DNA from: Geotalea daltonii FRC-32
GTDB taxonomy: Bacteria; Desulfobacterota; Desulfuromonadia; Geobacterales; Geobacteraceae
Length of the DNA stretch: 32,000 nt
Direction: 5' to 3'
Assembly: GCF_000022265.1 (NCBI RefSeq)
Contig: NC_011979.1
Span: 90,001-122,000, forward strand
Below are positions 26,808 to 32,000 of this stretch, piece by piece (the stretch's first letter is position 1; each line of letters begins with the position of its first letter). The position numbers were made by a program, and so were the translations under genes. The notes beneath the pieces are model-generated. The model was given only the letters and a program-made list of their open reading frames with translations, searched no databases and was not told the origin of the DNA.

Positions 26808-27932
26808 CTATCGTGCCTTCTCCCCAAGCTTTAGCTCATACTTCACTGCCCGCCCCTGCCCCATTCGCGTGAGTATCCCCAACTGACTCAGTTGATCCAA
26901 CTCTCGAAATGCAGTGGCCCGGCTGCAGTGGGACATGGATGCATATTTTTGGGTAGTCAGGCCCCCCTCAAATCCACCAGGGCCTTCATCCAACAGGCGG
27001 TTGATGACCTTTTTCTGGCGTTCCGTCAGGGAATCCTGGGCATGGAGCCTCCAGAATGCCGACTTGGAAAAGACCCCGTTGAGGATCTCGTCCGAGCGCT
27101 CCAGAGCCCTGGCGAAGCAGGCCAGAAACCATTCCAGCCAGCCGGTAATGTCGCATTTCCCCCTTTGCGATCGCTCCAGGATGTCGTAATACCCTTCCCG
27201 CTCGGCCATGATCTGGGCGGAAAGACTATAGTAACGCACCCGCTGCTTGTCGTCCTGGGCCAGTGCCAGGTCGGTCAGGGCACGGGCAATGCGGCCGTTG
27301 CCGTCGTCGAATGGGTGAATGGTAACAAACCAGAAGTGGGCGACAGCGGCACGAATGATCCCTTCAACCTTGCCATTGCTCTCATCCCACCACGAGAGTA
27401 AACGCTTCATTTCCTGGTCAAGCCGGTCTGCAGGCGGCGCCTGGAAATGGATCTTCTCCCTCCCTACCGGCCCAGAAATTACCTGCCTCGGTTCGGCGCC
27501 TTCACGCCATCCGCCCACCTTGATGCGGTGCATGCCGGAATAGCCCGACGGGAAAAGGGCCGCCTGCCACCCCCATAGCCGGTCCCGAGTCAACGGCTGG
27601 TCGAAATTCAGCGTGGCGTCGAGAAGCACTGCAACAAGATCGTCGATGCGGCGGTCCACCGGCATGCCTGCAGACGGGAGACCGAGCCGTCGTGCCACAG
27701 AAGAGCGGACGGAACGGGCATCGAGAAGTTCTCCTTCGATGGCAGATGTCTTCAGCGTTTCCTCCACCAGAATTTCCGCCTGGGCCTGGGGATCGAGATT
27801 GAAGCCGAGCCCTGCAACTTTGCTGAAAAGCCTGCCCTGCCTCAGACGACATTCGCCCAGAGGGACAATGAGCCTTTCCGAGTCCCAGGTCAGCCGTGGC
27901 CAGTTTTTATGCTGCCAGATGTACTGATTCAT
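26808..27932 (-). CDS. fic: Fic family protein (DUF4172 N-terminus, class II, C-terminal wHTH; SoFic-like architecture)
   Basis: MNQYIWQHKNWPRLTWD (DUF4172-type start), inhibitory TSAIEG, Fic core HPFDDGNGRIAR and a C-terminal wHTH (CSRATAFRELDQLSQLGIL). ATG 27932 is preferred over TTG 27941. Confidence 0.9.
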   Translation of the reverse strand: MNQYIWQHKNWPRLTWDSERLIVPLGECRLRQGRLFSKVAGLGFNLDPQAQAEILVEETLKTSAIEGELLDARSVRSSVARRLGLPSAGMPVDRRIDDLVAVLLDATLNFDQPLTRDRLWGWQAALFPSGYSGMHRIKVGGWREGAEPRQVISGPVGREKIHFQAPPADRLDQEMKRLLSWWDESNGKVEGIIRAAVAHFWFVTIHPFDDGNGRIARALTDLALAQDDKQRVRYYSLSAQIMAEREGYYDILERSQRGKCDITGWLEWFLACFARALERSDEILNGVFSKSAFWRLHAQDSLTERQKKVINRLLDEGPGGFEGGLTTQKYASMSHCSRATAFRELDQLSQLGILTRMGQGRAVKYELKLGEKAR

Positions 27933-28032
27933 TCGCCTCAATAATCGCTTCAGATAATGAAATGATTATGTCTTATATCACATCATCAGACACAGGGCAA
28001 TGTCTTGAAGTAAGAGAGCGGTTCTGGACGAC

Positions 28033-28161
28033 CTAAACATCCCAGCCAAGATTTGCCCTCACTATCCCCGTCGCAACATCCAGAGGTACATCCAGTGCAT
28101 GGGCTATGGCAGAAAGGGTGTCAACCGTTCCCTGGCGCTTACCCTCCTCGCCTTGCTCGTG
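28033..28161 (-). pseudogene. C-terminal remnant of an XRE-family HTH protein
   Basis: Minus-strand frame reads (TAA) HEQGEEGKRQGTVDTLSAIAHALDVPLDVATGIVRANLGWDV*. It resembles helices 3-5 of HTH_3 (E.GKR.p..dTL..IA.AL.V.ld). There is no start codon or N-terminal helices. It lies directly upstream of the second Fic gene. Confidence 0.4.
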
Positions 28162-28361
28162 TTATTGGCAAAAGAAAAAAATCAGGGATAATATCAAAAG
28201 CAACGATCTTTATGCTGTTGAAAACGCTGCCACATTACGAGCAGCCTAAGAATGCACCTTCCTGAGTCACTTGCCTGGGTGCTATTATGGCTTAGACAGT
28301 AAGTCTTACGACCCACGATGTATTTGTGCATACAGTCCAAAAGGAAAAGTGGGAGAGCGTC

Positions 28362-28730
28362 ATGGATTCCGAATCCAAGCTGGGATTTAGCTCTTATACG
28401 CCAACTGAATTGATGGAACTATGCCGAAAAAATCCTGACCTTTTTGATGAGATGGCTGCCGACGCTATCAGGCAGGCCTGTCTCGGCGGGACTCCGGAGC
28501 AAACGCTCAAACTCCGGCAGATGCAATGGATTATTGACGCAAAGCTGCAGAAAGGGAAGACACCACTTGAAAGACTGCGTATAATGGAGAACATTTTCTA
28601 CGATCAGGTATACAGTGATAAAGGGCAACTTTATAAACTCATTGCGGGGTGGGCCGAAGTGCTTGGCGCCATCAATCCTAGAAGGCCTGTTTCCGGCAAA
28701 AAATCCCATATGCGCCTGTTAAAAAAATAA
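28362..28730 (+). CDS. DUF3135-like small helical protein
   Basis: FDEMAADAIRQACLGGTPEQTLKLRQMQWIIDAKL...PLERL pattern as recalled for DUF3135. ATG 28362 behind GGGAGAG is preferred over GTG 28326. Confidence 0.6.
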   Translation: MDSESKLGFSSYTPTELMELCRKNPDLFDEMAADAIRQACLGGTPEQTLKLRQMQWIIDAKLQKGKTPLERLRIMENIFYDQVYSDKGQLYKLIAGWAEVLGAINPRRPVSGKKSHMRLLKK

Positions 28731-28889
28731 CGGGGTCAACCGACAACGGCGCCTGACCTGACCATTTCGTAAATTCTCCGCTATAGCCTTTATTGCTCCT
28801 TTGTTGCCCCGCTAAAAACTCAGCCACTTGCATCTCTCCCCCGGAAGGTTCATACTTTTGCAGATCAAAAAGCTCCCTTGGAGGGTTCC

Positions 28890-29618
28890 ATGAAGGTGAT
28901 AACCATCTTTGCCCTGGCCGCGTCGCTAATGCTGCTCGCCGCCTGTCAGGATCTGATGCTGGAGAATGTTGCCCGTGATTTTGGCCTGAGCGGCCTGACC
29001 CTGAATCAGGGCATTCTCGATGACGGAACGATCATCAAAGGACTGAAGGAGGCTTTGTCGGTCGGTACCGAGCGGGCGGTAGGGGTCGTATCCAGGCAGA
29101 ACGGCTATTTCGGCAACCAGGTCATCAAGGTGCTGATGCCGGAAAAGATGCGCAACGTGGCGGAACTGCTTGGCAAAGTCGGATTTCAGCGCCAGGTGGA
29201 TGAGTTTGTCCTCAGCATGAACCGGGCGGCGGAAAAGGCGGCGCCGGTGGCGGTGGAATATTTCGTCGTTGCCATCCGGGAGATGACCTTTGCCGACGCC
29301 CGTCAGATTCTCAAAGGGGGGGACACTGCGGCAACCGAATATTTCAGGGCCAAGACCGCCACCAGGATCAGCGATGCCTTCAAGCCGTCCGTGGCCAAGA
29401 GTCTCACCGATGTGGGAGCGACTCGCACCTATAAATCCATGATGGCCACCTATCGGTCGCTGCCTTTTACTTCAACCACCAGTTTCGACCTGGACCAATA
29501 TGTGACGGCAAAGGCGGTGGATGGACTCTTTACCATGCTCGGCGAGGAAGAGAAGAAGATTCGTTCCAATCCTGCTGCCCGCACCACCGAACTGTTGCGA
29601 AAGGTCTTCGCCGGATAA
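28890..29618 (+). CDS. DUF4197 lipoprotein
   Basis: MKVITIFALAASLMLLAAC lipobox. IIKGLKEALSVGTERAV, MNRAAEKAAP, DARQILKGGDTAATEYF, YVTAKAVDGLF and IRSNPAARTTELLRKVF are colinear with the DUF4197 family pattern. GGAGGG SD. Confidence 0.75.
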   Translation: MKVITIFALAASLMLLAACQDLMLENVARDFGLSGLTLNQGILDDGTIIKGLKEALSVGTERAVGVVSRQNGYFGNQVIKVLMPEKMRNVAELLGKVGFQRQVDEFVLSMNRAAEKAAPVAVEYFVVAIREMTFADARQILKGGDTAATEYFRAKTATRISDAFKPSVAKSLTDVGATRTYKSMMATYRSLPFTSTTSFDLDQYVTAKAVDGLFTMLGEEEKKIRSNPAARTTELLRKVFAG

Positions 29619-29700
29619 GGTCCCGCGCAGCCCATCCAGGTGGCTCCTACCCAAGCAAGTACCATTTTCGAGCAAGCTCCTCCTTAAGTTATCCTTCTAT

Positions 29701-29725
29701 GCCCCCTTCTTCCGAGAAAGGGGGC
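29701..29725 (+). terminator. GC stem-loop after DUF4197 gene (no U-tract)
   Basis: GCCCCCTT-cttccgaga-AAGGGGGC followed by an A-rich tract. Terminator function is uncertain. Confidence 0.3.
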
Positions 29726-29896
29726 GAAAAGAAAAAACAAACAAAATAAAAATTTCTTTGTAACAACGTTTGATTTTTTACTTGCATCATAATAGGTATT
29801 ATGGTACCAATATACATAATTAAGAAATATCCACTGTTTGCTGGAGAAAAACAGAGAAACAGAGATTCTAGAAAAGAGTACCAAGGGGAGGATTAC

Positions 29897-30673
29897 ATGA
29901 AAATTTTGGTATGTATCAAACAGGTTCCGGATATGGAATCACGTTTCAAGGTCAACAGCAGCGGCGACTGGTTCTCCGATGCGGACCTTGCCTTCCGCAT
30001 CAACGAGTATGACGAATACGCCGTTGAGCAGGCTGTGCAGTTGAGGGAGCAGCTGGGTGACAGTTCCGAGCTGACCGTGCTTTCCATCGGTCCGGACCGG
30101 GTCCAGGAGGCGATCAAGAAGGCATTGGCCATGGGGTGCGATCGGGGCGTCCATATCCAGGATCCGGATGTACACAAGAAAGACCCGTGGCAGGTTGCCT
30201 CGATTATCGCCGCCTATGCCAAGGGTAAGAATTTTGACATCATCTTTACCGGCTTCCAGTCACAGGATCGTGGCTCCGCCCAAGTGGGGGTCACCGTTGC
30301 CGAACTCCTGGGTCATGCCTGCGCAACCACCCTGGTCGGTTTCGAGTATGCAGACGGGGCAGTCAAGGCGAAGCGGGAGCTCGAGGGGGGAGTCAAGGGG
30401 GTTGTCCGCCTGAAAGTGCCGGCCCTGGTGACCTGCCAGCTGGGTCTCAATATTCCACGTTACCCGACCCTGCCCAATATCATGAAGGCAAAGAAGAAAG
30501 AGATAGAAGCCATAGGAGTAGCCGATGTGCTCACAGAGCAGCCGTTGTCGGTTACCGCCAGCTTCTACCCACCGGCCAAAAAAGGTGGTGGCATCGTTCT
30601 CGAAGGGGATGTGGCGGATCTTAGTGACAGACTGATCAGCATACTCAAAGACAAAACTTCGGTTTTGAGATAG
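29897..30673 (+). CDS. etfB: electron transfer flavoprotein beta subunit
   Basis: MKILVCIKQVPD... with N.YDEYAVEQAV and later motifs typical of EtfB. GGGGAGGA SD. The track ORF start at 29801 is upstream of the SD and AT-rich. Confidence 0.9.
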   Translation: MKILVCIKQVPDMESRFKVNSSGDWFSDADLAFRINEYDEYAVEQAVQLREQLGDSSELTVLSIGPDRVQEAIKKALAMGCDRGVHIQDPDVHKKDPWQVASIIAAYAKGKNFDIIFTGFQSQDRGSAQVGVTVAELLGHACATTLVGFEYADGAVKAKRELEGGVKGVVRLKVPALVTCQLGLNIPRYPTLPNIMKAKKKEIEAIGVADVLTEQPLSVTASFYPPAKKGGGIVLEGDVADLSDRLISILKDKTSVLR

Positions 30674-30682
30674 GAGATAACC

Positions 30683-31594
30683 ATGAAAGCATTGCTCGTT
30701 GGTGAATACAGGGAAGGGAAGCTTCAGGACAATATTTACGAACTGGTTGCCTTTGCCGGCAAACTGGGGGCCGATGTTTCCATGGCGTTGGTCGGCGATG
30801 CCGCCAATGTTCCACGTTGCAACGGCACACTTCATCTGGCGGATGTGGCCAAATACGGCGAATACAATCCGGGTCTGCACCGGGACCTGATACTGGAAGC
30901 AGTGAAAAAGGAAGATCCCGACTACATTGTCTTTGCCCATTCATCCTATGGCTGGGACCTGGCTCCCCGCGTGGCGGCCAAGCTCAAGGCAGCCCAGATC
31001 TCGGAAGTGATCGGACTCAATGACGGCAGCCTGGAAGTGGGCTGCTGCAATGCCAAGATGCGCCGCACAGTCAAACCTGCAGCAGGCAAAGCTGTCGTGA
31101 CTTTGCAGGCAGGTGCTTTCTCCTTTCAGGGGGAGCAAGGGACGCCGGCAGTGGTGGCTCTTGAAGTGGCCGGAGCTCCAGATGTGGAATTCCTCGGCTA
31201 CGAGCCTGCCGAGGCAAAAGATGTGGATCTTACCAAGGCAGAGATCATCGTCAGTGCCGGCCGCGGCGTCGGCAAGAAAGACAATATTCCGGTTATCGCC
31301 GCACTGGCCAAGGCCTTCGGCGGCGAGCTCGGCGCGAGCCGGCCGGTGGTCGATGCGGGATGGGTTGAGCACAGCCACCAGGTGGGTACGACTGGGCAGA
31401 CGGTCAGTCCGAAACTCTATGTGGCCTGCGGCATCAGCGGCGCCATTCAGCACCTGGCAGGGATGAAGAAATCCGATTTCATCGTCGCCATCAACAAAGA
31501 CAAAGATGCACCCATCGGCGAGGTGGCGGATGTGCTGGTTGTGGCCGACGTGCTTCAGTTCGCTCCGGCCCTGACCGCAAAACTCCAGGGATAG
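30683..31594 (+). CDS. etfA: electron transfer flavoprotein alpha subunit
   Basis: C-terminal FAD-binding region IVSAGRGVG...ELGASRPVVDAGW....QVGQTG..V.PKLY.A.GISGAIQH..G. SD AGGAG 10 nt after the etfB stop. Confidence 0.9.
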   Translation: MKALLVGEYREGKLQDNIYELVAFAGKLGADVSMALVGDAANVPRCNGTLHLADVAKYGEYNPGLHRDLILEAVKKEDPDYIVFAHSSYGWDLAPRVAAKLKAAQISEVIGLNDGSLEVGCCNAKMRRTVKPAAGKAVVTLQAGAFSFQGEQGTPAVVALEVAGAPDVEFLGYEPAEAKDVDLTKAEIIVSAGRGVGKKDNIPVIAALAKAFGGELGASRPVVDAGWVEHSHQVGTTGQTVSPKLYVACGISGAIQHLAGMKKSDFIVAINKDKDAPIGEVADVLVVADVLQFAPALTAKLQG

Positions 31595-31680
31595 CAGGCT
31601 GGGGTCGATTGTATCCTTAAATTAGTATTGCGGTACTCGTTTACTCTAAAATATAAGAAATGGAAATCAAAGGAGGCAAC

Positions 31681-32000
31681 ATGTCCGAAGTAGGCTATCG
31701 CTGGTCCATGACCGCCGTGGGGGAGCCCCTGGTGAGATCGGAATTCAATCCCTTTCCCCCTGCAGCCGGGGAAGTGGTGGTGGAGGTGGCAGGTTGCGGT
31801 GTCTGCCACACCGACCTGGGTTATTATTACGACGGTGTTCGCTTCAACCATCCTGCGCCGCTGGCTCTGGGCCACGAGATAAGCGGCCGCGTTGTCGCTG
31901 CCGGTGCAGGGGCGGAAGAATGGCAAGGCAAGGCTGTCCTGATACCGGCAGTCATTCCTTGCGGGACCTGCGATCTCTGCCTTTCCGGACATGGCACCAT
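31681..32000 (+). CDS. Zn-dependent medium-chain dehydrogenase/reductase (5' part; continues beyond window end)
   Basis: Not in the ORF track because it runs off the window. AGGAGG SD then [17 protein letters not shown]...[39 protein letters not shown]...CGTCDLC, giving catalytic and structural Zn motifs of the MDR family. Confidence 0.8.
   Translation, partial: MSEVGYRWSMTAVGEPLVRSEFNPFPPAAGEVVVEVAGCGVCHTDLGYYYDGVRFNHPAPLALGHEISGRVVAAGAGAEEWQGKAVLIPAVIPCGTCDLCLSGHGT

Noticed and set aside
29801-29896. N-terminal 32-codon extension of etfB in the ORF track
   Set aside because: It lies in AT-rich promoter-like DNA upstream of a strong GGGGAGGA SD. The conserved EtfB N-terminus MKILVCIKQVPD begins at 29897.

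Overview
Chromosomal window of about 55-60% GC. Gene content suggests a Geobacter/Desulfuromonadales-like deltaproteobacterium, but that is inference only. Housekeeping and redox blocks alternate with small accessory islets.

Gene order, left to right:
- A 5' part of a DUF2339 membrane protein gene (-), preceded by a 58-codon membrane ORF.
- A 1500-aa secreted S8 subtilase (-) with four InlB-B-type repeats.
- An AT-rich islet with a 516-aa Fic protein (-) whose N-terminus looks AbiEi-like.
- An operon (-) of a TIM-barrel amidohydrolase plus an LplT-PlsC-Aas triple fusion. It sits behind a near-consensus sigma-54 promoter and is divergent from a sigma-54 enhancer-binding protein (+).
- A YqhC-like AraC regulator (-) divergent from an aldo/keto reductase and a YahK-like alcohol dehydrogenase (+).
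- A hipBA toxin-antitoxin module (+) with three E. coli-type HipB operators.
- A Tat-signal 4x[4Fe-4S] protein plus a tungsten-type aldehyde:ferredoxin oxidoreductase (+).
- An accessory patch: secreted PKD/Ig protein, vapC fragment, decayed RHH antitoxin, S/T-rich lipoprotein, truncated NHL protein, second Fic protein, XRE remnant.
- DUF3135, a DUF4197 lipoprotein, etfBA, and the start of a Zn-dependent dehydrogenase (+).

No rRNA, tRNA, CRISPR array, transposase or integrase was recognised.

Most interesting observations:
1. The AbiEi-like/Fic single-chain fusion, with phased 24-bp repeats upstream.
2. A 48-nt box (40/48 identical) at the same 110-nt offset in two divergent promoter regions. 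It links the AKR/ADH operon and the AOR operon. The second regulator copy is reduced to a nonsense-bearing stub abutting hipBA.
3. Direct repeats of about 73 bp, carrying promoter-like elements, that bracket the S8 protease gene.
4. A Tat-dependent, possibly periplasmic, AOR behind a structured leader of about 190 nt.

All family assignments come from motif recognition by eye. No database searches were run.
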